Origin: Eledone cirrhosa
Lineage: Eukaryota
Direction: 5' to 3'
Assembly: GCA_964016885.1 (NCBI GenBank)
Contig: OZ024766.1
Span: 4,340,001-4,404,000, forward strand
Length of the DNA: 64,000 bases
Made by a program: the position numbers and the translations under genes. Shown piece after piece: positions 36,465 to 49,702 of the stretch. Each line of letters opens with the position of its first letter. The stretch's first letter is position 1. The notes below the pieces were generated by a model. That model searched no databases, had not been told where the DNA came from, and was given only the letters and a program-made list of their open reading frames with translations.

Positions 36465-36990
36465 ATTATTTTACGTTCGCTTTTTCCCTGCTTGCAAGGG
36501 TGGGACGGGAACTGATTCTGGCTTGATTTCTACAGCTGGATGCCCTTCCTAACACCAACCTCATTTACAGTGAGTGCTGGGTGCTATTTTGCCGTGGCAC
36601 CTCCACGTCCACTTTACAGTGAGTGCTGGGTGCTTTTTTTGTCGTGGCACCTCCACGTCCACTTTACAGTGAGTGCTGGGTGCTTTTTTGCCGTGGCACC
36701 TCCACGACCACTTTACAGTGAGTGCTGGGTGCTTTTTTGCCGTGGCACCTCCACGACCACTTTACAGTGAGTGCTGGGTGCTTTCTTGCCGTGGCACCTC
36801 CACGACCACTTTGCAGTGGAATGATAGGGACCCCAGTCCCTATCATCTCATTTCTACAGCTGAGTAAACTGGAGCAATGTGAAATAAAGTGTCTTGCTCA
36901 AGGAAACAACACATCACCTGGTCTGAGAATTGAACTCACAACCTTTCGATTGCAAGGCCAATGCTCTAACCACTAAGCCATGTGCCTCCA
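36465..36990 (-). mobile_element. CORE-like tRNA SINE with ~5 tandem copies of its ~49-bp internal unit
   Basis: Reverse complement of 1970-2312 with repeated ctttacagtgagtgctgggtgcttttttgccgtggcacctccacg. Confidence 0.82.
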
Positions 36991-37333
36991 TATATATAAT
37001 ATACTATTACATCGTCTCTACTGCCACCTTAGGCCCGAGTGCACCCTGCACATTCTCAATACAGCCTGGGGTCTGGTAGCACCCACTTTGAGAACCTCTG
37101 ATGTAGCCAATAGCTTGCACCTTACTCTTTACTAAGTCGTCTTCTTCACCCACTTATTCCTGAGAGGGCTGTGGGGGCAGAGTCCTTAAACTCTCGCTCC
37201 AGCAGGTCCGGTCAGAATTAACCAACTCCAACTGATCCGGCTGGATCCCCAAACTTGACCAGCCAAATTCATACATATTATCCAATCATCTTGCTCGGGA
37301 TCTACCACCTGGTCTCCAGCCATTTGGTTTAGT

Positions 37334-39804
37334 GATTCTTTCCTGTGACATTCTAACCACATGTCTGTAGTATCAGAGCTGTGATCTCTCAATCCAGAGA
37401 TTCTTTCCTGAGACATTCTAACCACATGTCTGTAGTATCAGAGCTGTGATCTCTCAATTCAGAGATTCTTTCCTGAGACATTCTAACCACATGTCTGTAG
37501 TATCAGAGCTGTGATCTCTCAATCCAGAGATTCTTTCCTGAGACATTCTAACCACATGTCTGTAGTATCAGAGCTGTGGTCTCTCAATTCAGAGATTCTT
37601 TCCTGAGACATTCTAACCACATGTCTGTAGTATCAGAGCTGTGGTCTCTCAATTCAGAGATTCTTTCCTGTGACATTCTAACCACATGTCTGTAGTATCA
37701 GAGCTGTGATCTCTCAATCCAGAGATTCTTTCCTGAGACATTCTAACCACATGTCTGTAGTATCAGAGCTGTGGTCTCTCAATTCAGAGATTCTTTCCAG
37801 AGACATTCTAACCACATGTCTGTAGTATCAGAGCTGTGATCTCTCAATCCAGAGATTCTTTCCTGAGACATTCTAACCACATGTCTGTAGTATCAGAGCT
37901 GTGATCTCTCAATTCAGAGATTCTTTCCTGAGACATTCTAACCACATGTCTGTAGTATCAGAGCTGTGATCTCTCAATCCAGAGATTCTTTCCTGAGACA
38001 TTCTAACCACATGTCTGTAGTATCAGAGCTGTGGTCTCTCAATTCAGAGATTCTTTCCTGTGACATTCTAACCACATGTCTGTAGTATCAGAGCTGTGAT
38101 CTCTCAATCCAGAGATTCTTTCCTGAGACATTCTAACCACATGTCTGTAGTATCAGAGCTGTGGTCTCTCAATTCAGAGATTCTTTCCTGAGACATTCTA
38201 ACCACATGTCTGTAGTATCAGAGCTGTGATCTCTCAATTCAGAGATTCTTTCCTGAGACATTCTAACCACATCTCTGTAGTATCAGAGCTGTGATCTCTC
38301 AATTCAGAGATTCTTTCCTGAGACATTCTAACCACATGTCTGTAGTATCAGAGCTGTGATCTCTCAATTCAGAGATTCTTTCCTGAGACATTCTAACCAC
38401 ATGTCTGTAGTATCAGAGCTGTGATCTCTCAATTCAGAGATTCTTTCCTGAGACATTCTAACCACATGTCCATAGTATCAGAGCTGTGATCTCTCAATTC
38501 AGAGATTCTTTCCTGAGACATTCTAACCACATGTCTGTAGTATCAGAGCTGTGATCTCTCAATTCAGAGATTCTTTCCTGAGACATTCTAACCACATGTC
38601 TGTAGTATCAGAGCTGTGATATCTCAATTCTGAGATTCTTTCCTGAGACATTCTAACCACATGTCTGTAGTATCAGAGCTGTGATCTCTCAATCCAGAGA
38701 TTCTTTCCTGAGACATTCTAACCACATGTCTGTAGTATCAGAGCTGTGATCTCTCAATTCAGAGATTCTTTCCTGAGACATTCTAACCACATGTCTGTAG
38801 TATCAGAGCTGTGATCTCTCAATCCAGAGATTCTTTCCTGAGACATTCTAACCACATGTCTGTAGTATCAGAGCTGTGGTCTCTCAATTCAGAGATTCTT
38901 TCCTGAGACATTCTAACCACATGTCTGTAGTATCAGAGCTGTGGTCTCTCAATTCAGAGATTCTTTCCTGTGACATTCTAACCACATGTCTGTAGTATCA
39001 GAGCTGTGATCTCTCAATCCAGAGATTCTTTCCTCAGACATTCTAACCACATGTCTGTAGTATCAGAGCTGTGGTCTCTCAATTCAGAGATTCTTTCCTG
39101 AGACATTCTAACCACATGTCTGTAGTATCAGAGCTGTGATCTCTCAATTCAGAGATTCTTTCCTGAGACATTCTAACCACATGTCTGTAGTATCAGAGCT
39201 GTGGTCTCTCAATTCAGAGATTCTTTCCTGAGACATTCTAACCACATGTCTGTAGTATCAGAGCTGTGATCTCTCAATTCAGAGATTCTTTCCTGAGACA
39301 TTCTAACCACATGTCTGTAGTATCAGAGCTGTGATCTCTCAATTCAGAGATTCTTTCCTGAGACATTCTAACCACATGTCCATAGTATCAGAGCTGTGAT
39401 CTCTCAATTCAGAGATTCTTTCCTGAGACATTCTAACCACATGTCTGTAGTATCAGAGCTGTGATCTCTCAATTCAGAGATTCTTTCCTGAGACATTCTA
39501 ACCACATGTCTGTAGTATCAGAGCTGTGATATCTCAATTCAGAGATTCTTTCCTGAGACATTCTAACCACATGTCTGTAGTATCAGAGCTGTGATCTCTC
39601 AATCCAGAGATTCTTTCCTGAGACATTCTAACCACATGCCTGTAGTATCAGAGCTGTGATCTCTCAATTCAGAGATTCTTTCCTGAGACATTCTAACCAC
39701 ATGTCTGTAGTATCAGAGCTGTGATCTCTCAATTCAGAGATTCTTTCCTGAGACATTCTAACCACATGACTGTAGTATCAGAGCTGTGATCTCTCAATTC
39801 AGAG
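37334..39804 (-). repeat. 60-bp minisatellite (~41 copies) inside an RTE/Expander-like LINE fragment (37160-39890)
   Basis: Period is exactly one 60-base line. The flanks continue the LINE reading on both sides. Confidence 0.95.
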
Positions 39805-39914
39805 AAGTAGCAGCTCTATCTCTACCTGGAGTAACTCTCTGCGAAAACTGAGATACTCGTCCTCTCAAGGAAGTCTGCGCAGTGCACTCTACATGTGAAT
39901 TTGCTAAGTTTGAA

Positions 39915-40065
39915 ACATAATTATCAGTTGTTTATGTCTAGAACAAAACATATAGGACATAGTACTGATCCTTGCAGGATAACACTTATTACATATTTCC
40001 ATTTGGAGCTTTCACCATTTACAATAATTCTTTGCTTTCTCTTTGATAAGGATATTTTAATCCTT
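39915..40065 (-). mobile_element. CR1-like reverse transcriptase fragment
   Basis: The minus strand reads LSKRKQRIIVNGESSKWKYVISVILQGSVLCPICFVLDINN. Confidence 0.65.
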
Positions 40066-40082
40066 GTGATATGTTGTACATT

Positions 40083-40487
40083 TTAACCCTTTAGCATTTA
40101 AATTGACTGTATCCATCCAAAATTTTCTCACCTCTTTCTGTTCAAATTGGCTGTAACTGGCCATTCATACTGATGTTAAGGTATTGTTCTCAAAATAAAT
40201 ATCAAAATCTCATAGATTCGATATTATTATGAGAGTCAGTCTTTACTGTGGAAATGCAATAGTAAATATACAATAATTGTTTCTACTTTAGGCACAAGGC
40301 CAGCAATTACCCCCAGTGCATTACTGGTACTTTATTTTATCGACCCCGTAAGGATGAAAGGCAAAGTCAACCTCGGCGGGATTTGAACTCAGATCGTAAA
40401 GGGACGTAACTATGCTGGAGAGCATGGCGTCCGACCCTCTACTGATACTGCCAATCCACCACAATAATGTTAATGCTAAGGGGTTAA
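40083..40487. mobile_element. TTAA-flanked (piggyBac-like) MITE with a nested SINE (40272-40460, -)
   Basis: ttaaccctttagcatt ... aatgctaaggggttaa; the SINE is flanked by the direct repeat acaataat. Confidence 0.75.
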
Positions 40488-40677
40488 ACTGGCCATATCC
40501 AGCCAGAATTCTCTCACTTCTTTCTGTTCAAACTGGCTTTAACCCTCCACTCATACTTATGTTAAGGTATTGTTCTCAAAATAAATAACATCAAAATCTC
40601 ATAGATTCGATATTGTGTGGTGCTTTTGCCTGGTACTAATCCGAACTGCATCTCATCTAGATTTTCCTGGTCCCTAA

Positions 40678-41027
40678 TCATCATCATCATCATCATCATT
40701 TCATTTTACGTCCGCTTTTCCCTGCTTGTAAGGGTGGGACGGGAACTGATTCTGGCTTGATTTCTACAGCTGGATGCCCTTCCTAACACCAACCTCATTT
40801 ACAGTGAGTGCTGGGTGCTTTTTTGCCGTGGCACCTCCACGACCACTTTGCAGTGGAATGATAGGGACCCCAGTCCCTATCATCTCATTTCTACAGGTGA
40901 GTAAACTGGAGCAATGTGAAATAAAGTGTCTTGCTCAAGGAAACAACACATCACCCGGTCTGAGAATTGAACTCACAACCTTTTGATTGCAAGGCCAATG
41001 CTCTAACCACTAAGCCATGTGCCTCCA
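40678..41027 (-). mobile_element. CORE-like tRNA SINE
   Basis: Reverse complement of 1970-2312. Confidence 0.82.
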
Positions 41028-41029
41028 AT

Positions 41030-41375
41030 CAGCTGTGCTATAACTCTTTCTGTTACTTTCATGACTTGGTCCATCAGCTTGAAACCTCTATAGTTTCCTC
41101 TATCTAGTGCATCTCCTTTAGCAATGTAGCAGTTGACAATGATGCTGCTGCACCAATCTTTTGGTATGACACTATCTAGCTTTACTTAGCTTACAATGTG
41201 TGTGGTTATGGTGTGACCTAACAACCCAGATGCTTTCAGCACCTCGGCAACTATTCCCCATGGACCGGCTGCTTTCCAGGTCTTCATGGACCGGCTGCTT
41301 TCCAGATCTTCATATCCTTAATTTCCTTACTTACTGCTGCTGACTTGTGCGGCTGGCCCCTCATTCAGTAATCTT
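41030..41375 (-). mobile_element. RTE reverse transcriptase fragment
   Basis: The minus strand reads VIPKDWCSSIIVNCYIAKGDALDRGN, matching 47525-47610. Confidence 0.7.
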
Positions 41376-41659
41376 TCATAATAGCTCTTCCACACATTTT
41401 TTTCTCTGCATCTGTGACGGCAAGTGGGCCTTTATCATTAGACACACTTCTCATCAATGGTATCACAATTTTCTCAAACGCACTGCCTCGCAATCCGAAA
41501 CACCTGCAAAACAAGCTGGAGTTTTTTATCCTTTGCTTCTCTTCTTGTTATGTATACTTGTCACCTAGCTTCCTGCCTAGCCTCTATGGAGTGTACCCTG
41601 CTCCCCCCCTTCTTCCAGTTAACAATATAGAAGTGTTAAATTTCCATTACTGAATCACA

Positions 41660-42083
41660 TTCTCCATATCTTATTTTGTTTTCTCTGCTATTTCAGAATA
41701 TCACGTGACATTGACAGAAGAGAAATTTTAACTTCAGATACATCGACAATATAATCTTTTAAAAGTTAACACAACATTTTACACAAAACTCACAAAAGTC
41801 CTTTTATGTCAGCATTTGGTGACTTATAGGGAAATATTTCATCTGAACTGGGGTTCATTAAATAATTTATCTCCTCACTATCTGGAAAGTGTACAAGAAG
41901 ATATAGTATTCTTATTAAACTTGGGGGAATTTATAAAGGATTTTGCATCATTTTCAGATGTCAACAAAGATCAAAGTTGAAGGAATTTTAACTTTGAAAA
42001 TATTTGTTAGGAATAAACTATAAAAGGAAGACCAAGAAAAATATCCTTATTTTCTGCTGTGGAAAATATTTTTCCCTGAAGAG
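41660..42083 (+). promoter_or_regulatory. Conserved splice acceptor and ~390-nt untranslated leader of the subfamily B coding exon
   Basis: Polypyrimidine tract plus TTTCAG|AATATCAC at 41696, 51167 and 59171, each followed by a homologous leader before gaagagATGtc. Confidence 0.7.
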
Positions 42084-43634
42084 ATGTCAAAGAAGAACAA
42101 AAAATCATCATACGACTGTGATATCTGTGGTAAATCATTTTCTCGAGCTGGACACTTAACTCAACACATACGTATTCATACAGGAGAGAAACCTTATCAC
42201 TGTGATATCTGTGGTAAATCATTCTCTGTGTCAGGTTATTTAACTAAACACATACGTATTCATACAGGAGAGAAGCCTCATCAGTGTGACATCTGTGGTA
42301 AATCATTTTCTATGTCAAGTAGTTTAAGTAGACACAAATCTGTCCATACAGGAGAGAAACCCCATCACTGTGATATCTGTGGTAAATTATTCTCTCATAC
42401 AAGTGACTTAACTAGACACAAATATAGTCATACAGGAAAGAAACCTTATCACTGTATTATCTGCGGTAAATCATTCTCTCGAAATGATCACTTAACTGAA
42501 CACAAATATAGTCATACAGGAGGGAAACCTCATCATTGTGACATCTGTGGTAAATCATTCTCTTGGTCAAGTAATTTAGCTAACCATAAATGCATTCAAG
42601 CAGGTGAGAGACCATATCACTGTGAAATCTGTGGTAAGTCATACTCTCAGTCAAGTAGCTTAACTCAACACAAGTATATTCATACAGGAGAGAAACTTCA
42701 TCCCTGTGATATCTGTGGCAAGTTATTCACTCAGACCAGTAGCCTATCTAAACACAAAAATATTCATACAGGAAAGAAACCATATCACTGTATTATCTGC
42801 GGTAAATCATTCTCTCGAAATGATCACTTCACTGAACACAAATATATCCATACAGGAGAGAAACCTCATCAATGTAAAATCTGTGGTAAATCATTTTCTA
42901 TGTCAAGTAGCTTAAGTAGACACAGATATACCCACACAGGTGAGAAACCTCATCACTGTGATATCTGTGGTAAATCATTCTCTCGTACAAGTGACTTAAC
43001 TATACACAAACGCATTCATACAGGAGAGAAACCACATCACTGTGGTATCTGTGGTAAATCATTTTCTGTGTCAGGTCAATTAACACAACACATACATAGT
43101 CATACAGGAGAGAAACCTCATCAGTGTCATATCTGTGGTAAATCATTTACTCGTACAAGTGACTTAACACAACACAAATATAGTCATACAGGAGAGAAAC
43201 CACCTCACTGTGATATCTGTGGTAAATCATTTTCTCGTACAAGTGACTTAATTATACACAAACGCAGTCATACAGGAGAGAAACCACATCACTGTGATAT
43301 CTGTGGTAAATCATTTTCTGTGTCAGGTCACTTAACACAACACAAATATATCCATACAGGAGAGAAACCACATCACTGTGATATCTGTGGTAGATCATTC
43401 TCCGATAAAGGTAACTTAACTAAACACAAATATCGTCATACAGGAGAGAAGCCACATCACTGTGATATATGTGGTAAATCATTCTCTCAGTCAATTCATT
43501 TAACAAATCATAAATACATTCATACAGGAGAGAAACCCTTTCCTTGTGAAAGATGTAGTAAATCTTTTGTCTGTAACAGTGCTTTAACTAAGCACAAAGG
43601 AAGTCACACTGATGAAGCCCTATCAGTAACTTAG
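42084..43634 (+). CDS. C2H2 zinc-finger protein, subfamily B, 18 fingers (finger 6 lacks the last His)
   Basis: 516-aa ORF with a short basic N-terminus MSKKNKK followed by CDICGKSFS repeats. Confidence 0.95.
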   Translation: MSKKNKKSSYDCDICGKSFSRAGHLTQHIRIHTGEKPYHCDICGKSFSVSGYLTKHIRIHTGEKPHQCDICGKSFSMSSSLSRHKSVHTGEKPHHCDICGKLFSHTSDLTRHKYSHTGKKPYHCIICGKSFSRNDHLTEHKYSHTGGKPHHCDICGKSFSWSSNLANHKCIQAGERPYHCEICGKSYSQSSSLTQHKYIHTGEKLHPCDICGKLFTQTSSLSKHKNIHTGKKPYHCIICGKSFSRNDHFTEHKYIHTGEKPHQCKICGKSFSMSSSLSRHRYTHTGEKPHHCDICGKSFSRTSDLTIHKRIHTGEKPHHCGICGKSFSVSGQLTQHIHSHTGEKPHQCHICGKSFTRTSDLTQHKYSHTGEKPPHCDICGKSFSRTSDLIIHKRSHTGEKPHHCDICGKSFSVSGHLTQHKYIHTGEKPHHCDICGRSFSDKGNLTKHKYRHTGEKPHHCDICGKSFSQSIHLTNHKYIHTGEKPFPCERCSKSFVCNSALTKHKGSHTDEALSVT

Positions 43635-43844
43635 AGAAAAACAAACACAAACATTTTAACTTGACAATGTGACATGTCCTTCATCTTACAAATATAAACT
43701 TATTGTCAACTAACATCACAAGGAAACCCTTAGTATTTCTACAGCTTCTAAATATTGCTTTCCATTTTTTTAAATTTTATTTTTAAATGGGATTAAAGTT
43801 ATTCTCATATCTGATAGTTGTCTTCTTAAATTTATTTTTTGGCA

Positions 43845-44157
43845 ACATCCACATTCCCTGTTGTAGTGTGTAATTGAGGGACCCTCTATCCCATGACATA
43901 ATGCTGTAACTGGCCTCAAGAAATATTTAGAGGGCAACTCCCACATTCCCTGTTGTAATGTATAATTGAGGGACCCTCTATCCCATGACATAATACTGTA
44001 ACTGGCCTCAAGAAATATTTAGAGGGCAACTCCCACATTCCCTGTTGTAGTGTGTCATTGAGGGACCCTCTATCCCATGACATAATGCTGTAATTGGCCT
44101 CAAGAAATATTTAGAGGGCAACTCTCACATTCCCTGTTGTAGTGTATAATTGAGGGA
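43845..44157 (+). repeat. 92-bp ZNF 3'-UTR minisatellite, ~3.5 copies
   Basis: ccacattccc at 43849, 43941 and 44033. Related arrays lie at 53680-53910 and 61262-61640. Confidence 0.85.
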
Positions 44158-44998
44158 GAGTGTCTTCTTTTTCTTCTTTCTCATATCTATTTGTATTGGT
44201 TTGTTTCTTTTTGAAATCATTTGTTAGTTTTTTATAATTCATTATATAAATTTTATGTATGTCCTAAATTTCAATCCCTGGGTTGTTAATAAAAGATTTA
44301 CATTTGAGGAATTTGTCAAGTCAGTCATTTCAACTTTTCATTTTCCCATCTAAATGTCTCTTATTAACACCATATATAGCAATATTATCTTGATAGAAGT
44401 TTTAATGCATCTACGCAATACATGTATTACTGTACATTTATATATATATATTGTATTTGGGGAGGGTTATATTGTTATAATATTGCCAGAAATATATAAT
44501 AAAACACACTCACTGTTTGGTTTGGATTGATTTTCGCTTCTGTATATTTTATTTCTACATAGTTAAATTATCTGGTAATCAAAATTTATCTTTGATTGAC
44601 CAACAGTTAAAAATATATATATATATATATACGTGGGAAAGTAAAAAATCGGAGAATAGACCGTTAAAACATGTTTATTTAAAACAGCACCTACGTATGT
44701 TTCGCCCAGTTGGGCTTCTCAAGGGCATAAATAATCAAAAGTGTTCCTTACATTGCTTGGAAAGATTTTTTGGGGTAAATCCACGTCAAGGTTCATTGCT
44801 CGATTTTTTTTTTTACTTTCCCACGTGCTTACGCTCTGCTAACTCTCTAGCCCACTAAATATTAACACTTCGAATATTTAATACTGCCGGCACTAGTATC
44901 GAGCACCTTTGGCATATGCTACTTGGCAAATAACTATATCTATCACCTATCCTCCCCTTTTTTTCTCTTTCTCGATACGTAAATACTGTATATATATC

Positions 44999-45029
<31 letters not shown>

Positions 45030-45189
45030 AAAGTTCTTTCATCACACACCTGTGACATCATCAGTGGTACTATGTTTCTTCCCATTCTATTGTAATGTCT
45101 ATTCTATTTAAAAAAATTAACTATAGGGATATAAAATATACCAAAGGGAAAACCAATCCAAACCTAATAGAGAGTGTTATTATGTATTT

Positions 45190-46537
45190 TGGTGGATTGG
45201 CAGTATCGGTAGAGGGTCAGATGCCATGCTTTCCAGCATAGTTACGTCCCTTTACGATCTGAGTTCAAATCCCGCCGAGGTTGACTTTGCCTTTCATCCT
45301 TACGGGGTCGATAAAATAAAGTACCAGTAATACACTGGGGTAATTGCTGGCCTTATGCCTAAAGTAGAAACAGTTATTACGGGGTTGATAAAATAAAGTA
45401 CCAGTAATACAGTGGATTAATTGCTGGCCTTGTGCCCCCCAAAAGTAGAAACAATTATTACAGGGTTGATAAAATAAAGTACCAGTAATACACTGGGGTA
45501 ATTGCTGGCCTTGTGCCTAACGTAGAAACAGTTATGTATTTCTGGTAATATTATAACAATATGACCCTCCCTAAATATATTTGTTTCAACACACGTTTCA
45601 TATAAAAAAAAAAACTTGCAAAACAAATATATATATAAAATTAACACTTACATGAGGAGAATTTACAATTGGATAAATAATTGTGTCTACTTTAGGCACA
45701 AAGCCAGCAATTACTCAGTGTATTACTGGTACTTTATTTTATCAACACTGTAATAATTGTGTCTACTTTAGGCACAAGGCCAGCAATTACCCCAGTGTAT
45801 TACTGGTACTTTATTTTATCAACACTGTAATAATTGTTTCTACTTTTGGCACAAGGCCAGCAATTACCCCAGTGTATTACTGGTACTTTATTTTATCAAC
45901 CCCGTAATAACTGTTTCTACTTTAGGCACAAGGCCAGCAATTACCCCAGTGTATTACTGGTACTTTATTTTATCAACCCCGCAATAATTGTTTCTACTTT
46001 AGGCACAAGGCCAGCAATTATCCCAGTGTATTACTGGTACTTTATTTTATCGACCCCGTAATAAATGTTTCTACTTTAGGCACAAAGCCAGCAATTACCC
46101 CAGTGTATTACTGGTACTTTATTTTATCAACCCCGCAATAATTGTTTCTACTTTAGGCACAAAGCCAGCAATTACCCCAGTGTATTACTGGTACTTTATT
46201 TTATCAACCCCGCAATAATTGTTTCTACTTTAGGCACAAAGCCAGCAATTACCCCAGTGTATTACTGGTACTTTATTTTATCAACCCCGCAATAATTGTT
46301 TCTACTTTAGGCACAAAGCCAGCAATTACCCCAGTGTATTACTGGTACTTTATTTTATCAACCCCGCAATAAATGTTTCTACTTTAGGCACAAAGCCAGC
46401 AATTACCCCAGTGTATTACTGGTACTTTATTTTATCAACCCCGTAAGGATGAAAGGCAAAGTTAACTTTGGCGGGATTTGAACTCAGAATGGCAAGGGCC
46501 GTAACTCTATACATCAAAGCATGGCGTCCGACCCTCT
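45190..46537. mobile_element. Tail-to-tail pair of Meta-like SINEs, each with a tandemly amplified 77-bp 3' unit (~3 copies +, ~10 copies -)
   Basis: + copy 45190-45535 and - copy 45678-46537; attgtttcta at 46141 and 46218 gives a period of 77. Confidence 0.85.
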
Positions 46538-47509
46538 AATAATGTATGCCCTTATTTGGAGAAACCACACCCTTGACTATACAGCCAGTAAACGGCTAAG
46601 CCATTTGGCAATCAGTCTGGAACTAGCTGTTGAAATGGCAAGAGCTCAGCTGTCGAGGCCTGACTCTTTATAATATATATCATCTTCCACGCTAGCATGG
46701 GTAGGACAGGCTATCCCTTTGTGAGGGATCAGGTCAGGGGGCTGTGATATGCTGAAACAGAACTGATTTTTGCTTAGTTTCTAACACTGGATGCCCTTCC
46801 TAATGCGAACCACATTTACAGTGTATGCTGGGTGCTTTTTGTGCCAAGAAATCCCGGTGGAAGGAAGACGCAGTAGAGGAAGACCACGAAAAACATGGGC
46901 GGAGGTGTTGAGAGCTGACTTCATATCGCAGAAACTCACAGAGGAGATGACGAAGGACCGTTACGAATGGGGAGGTGCTGGGCTGAAAGGACCCCCACGT
47001 TTGCAAGCAAGGATAAGTGGACGTAAAATGATGATGATGATGTACGTGGGTGTTTGCATATGTAGTGAGGAACACAGAATTCAGGGTAAGGGAGTGAAAG
47101 GTGTCGGTGTGTGTATGGTATATGTACATGGGTGTAAGTGTGTATGTGTAGCGAGGAATAGATATTAGGGTAAGGGAGTAAAGGGTTGTGTTGGTGTGGG
47201 TATATGTATGATATATGTATGTCGTTACATGGGTGGGTGTGTTGTGAGGAACACGGATTTCAGGGTGACCATTCGCAGCTATTGAGGTATTTTCATGCTG
47301 TTATCATTAGTTGTGTTGACCCAGACTAAGGATCAAATGTTCTTTTGTCCTATTCTCTCTAATTCTTATTACCTTGGCACATATAATCTCATACGCTTCC
47401 AAATATTTAAACTTATTTCCTAGTTATATTTGTATAGATATATATATATATACAGTGTACCCCCGGTTATTCAGAGAATTTTCCTTAGAACCTAACTAAT
47501 AATTGTTCA

Positions 47510-49690
47510 TGTAATACATGACAGTCATACCCAATGACTGGTGCAGCAGTACAATCATAAATTGCTACAAGGGCAAAGGTGATGCCCTAGAAAGGAGCAA
47601 CTATCGAGGAATAAAACTAATGGCCCAAGTTATGAAAGTAACAGAGTTATAGCGTAGCTCATTAGGGAAATATTCAAAATAGATGAGATGCAGTTTGGTT
47701 TCATTCCTGGCAAAAGTACTACAGATGCCCTCTTCTTAGTGAGAACTACATGAGAAGTTCCTAGCCAAAAATAAACGACTATATTTACCTTTTTTTGATC
47801 TAGAGAAGGCCTTTGACAGAGTACCTTGATCTATTATCTGGTGGTCCTTATGGAAATTAGGAGTAGAAGAATGGTTTGTGAGAGCAATGCAAGCTATGTA
47901 CGGAGGAACTGTCAGTAAAGTGAGAGTAGGGACTGAGTTTAATGGGGAATTGATGGTAGAGGTAGAAGTTCATCAAGGCTCGGTTCTTAGCTCACTGCTG
48001 TTCATCATAGTCCTTCAGGCCATAACAGAAGAGTTTAAAATTGACTGCCCATGGGAACTTCTCTATGCAGATGATTTGGTCCCTATAACTGAAACCAAAA
48101 ATGAACTAGCAAATAAATTCAGACTTTGGAAACTGAATTTGGAATCAAAAGGTCTGAGAGTAAACTTATCCAAAACTAAAGTGGTAGTGAGTAGGGGAGA
48201 AGATAGGACCCTGATTCCCTCAGGGTAGTGGCCATGCTCAATATGGAGGAAAGAAGTAGGCATAAACTCCATAGAATGTACACAATGTATATCTTGGCAA
48301 CACAAAAGATGTAGTGGAATAACAAATAGATTAATGGGAAGGGAGAACTTTGCATGTAGAAGACGCACAGGAGAAATCGAGAGGAAGTGTGTTAGTGATA
48401 TAAACCTTTTCCAGTCACAGGAAGGATCCACAGATGTGATTGATAGCTTCTGCTATGAAGGTGACCGAATTAGCAGCAGAGGAGGGTGCACTGAGTGTAT
48501 AATGGCTGTAATAAAGATAGGATGGACAAAGTTTTGAGAGCCATTCCCACTGTTAACAACAAAAGGTTTCTCTCTACATACAAAAGGAATACTGCATGGT
48601 AGTGAAACATGGGCTGTGACTGCAGAGGACATGTGGTGCTACATGGGCTGTGGCTGTAGGGGACATGTGGTGCTACATGGTAGTGAAACATGGGCTGTGA
48701 CTGCAGAGGACATGTGGTGCTGCATGGTAGTGAAACATGGGCTGTAGGGGACATGTGCTACATGGTAATGAAACATGATGCTGTGGCTGCAGGGGACATG
48801 GTAGTGAAACATGGGCTGTGACTGCAGAGGACATGTGGTGCTACATGGTAGTGAAACATGGGCTGTGACTGCAGAGGACATGTGGTGCTACATGGTAGTG
48901 AAACATGCGCTGTGACTGCAGAGGACATGTGGTGCTACATGGTAGTGAAACATGGGCTGTGACTGCAGAGGACATGTGGTGCTACATGGTAGTGAAACAT
49001 GCGCTGTGACTGCAGAGGACATGTGGTGCTACATGGTAGTGAAACATGGGCTGTGACTGCAGGGGACATGTGGTGCTACATGGTAGTGAAACATGGGCTG
49101 TGGCTGTAGGGGACATGTGGTGCTACATGGTAGTGAAACATGCGCTGTGACTGCAGAGGACATGTGGTGCTACATGGTAGTGGAACGTGGGCTGTGACTG
49201 CAGAGGACATGTGGTGCTACATGGTAGTGAAACATGGGCTGTGACTGCAGAGGACATGTGGTGCTGCATGGTGGTGAAACATGGGCTGTGACTGCAGGGG
49301 ACATGTGGTGCTACATGGTGGTGAAACATGGGCTGTGACTGCAGGGGACATATGTAGGCTGGAGAGAAATAAAGCAACCATGTTTTGTTGGATGTGCGAT
49401 GTAAATGTGAGAGAAAAGCAGAGCTTTGACAAGCTGGGTTTGAGGGGAATCCAAGATGGAGTGCAGGAGAGAGAGGACTGTGTTGCTATGGACAATGACT
49501 GTTGGGTGAGGAAATGCCAGTGGAAGGGAAGCAAGACAGACCTGGGCAGGGGTTGTGAGAGGTGACATCGAATTACTGAGACTGGAGGAGATGATGGGGT
49601 AATGTGACAAGTGGAGAGATGCCATGCTGAGAAGGACCCATCCAACCCAAGCAAGTCTGGAAAAGAAGACGTAAACATGATGATGATTGT
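47510..49690 (+). mobile_element. Degraded RTE LINE (RT domain to 3' tail) with stops and frameshifts
   Basis: NCYKGKGDALERSNYRGIKL, QFGFIPGKSTTDA, DLEKAFDRVP, HQGSVLS, LYADDL, a Cys-rich insert, HGSETW and a (gat)n tail. Confidence 0.9.
48595..49350 (+). repeat. 47-bp RTE-derived minisatellite, ~16 copies
   Basis: Unit catggtagtgaaacatgggctgtgactgcagaggacatgtggtgcta encodes LHGSETWAVTAEDM. Confidence 0.9.
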
Positions 49691-49702
49691 AAACACATAT
49701 AT

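Noticed and set aside
47878-48228. Functional reverse transcriptase gene
   Set aside because: It is flanked by in-frame stops and frameshifts and is a dead RTE copy.
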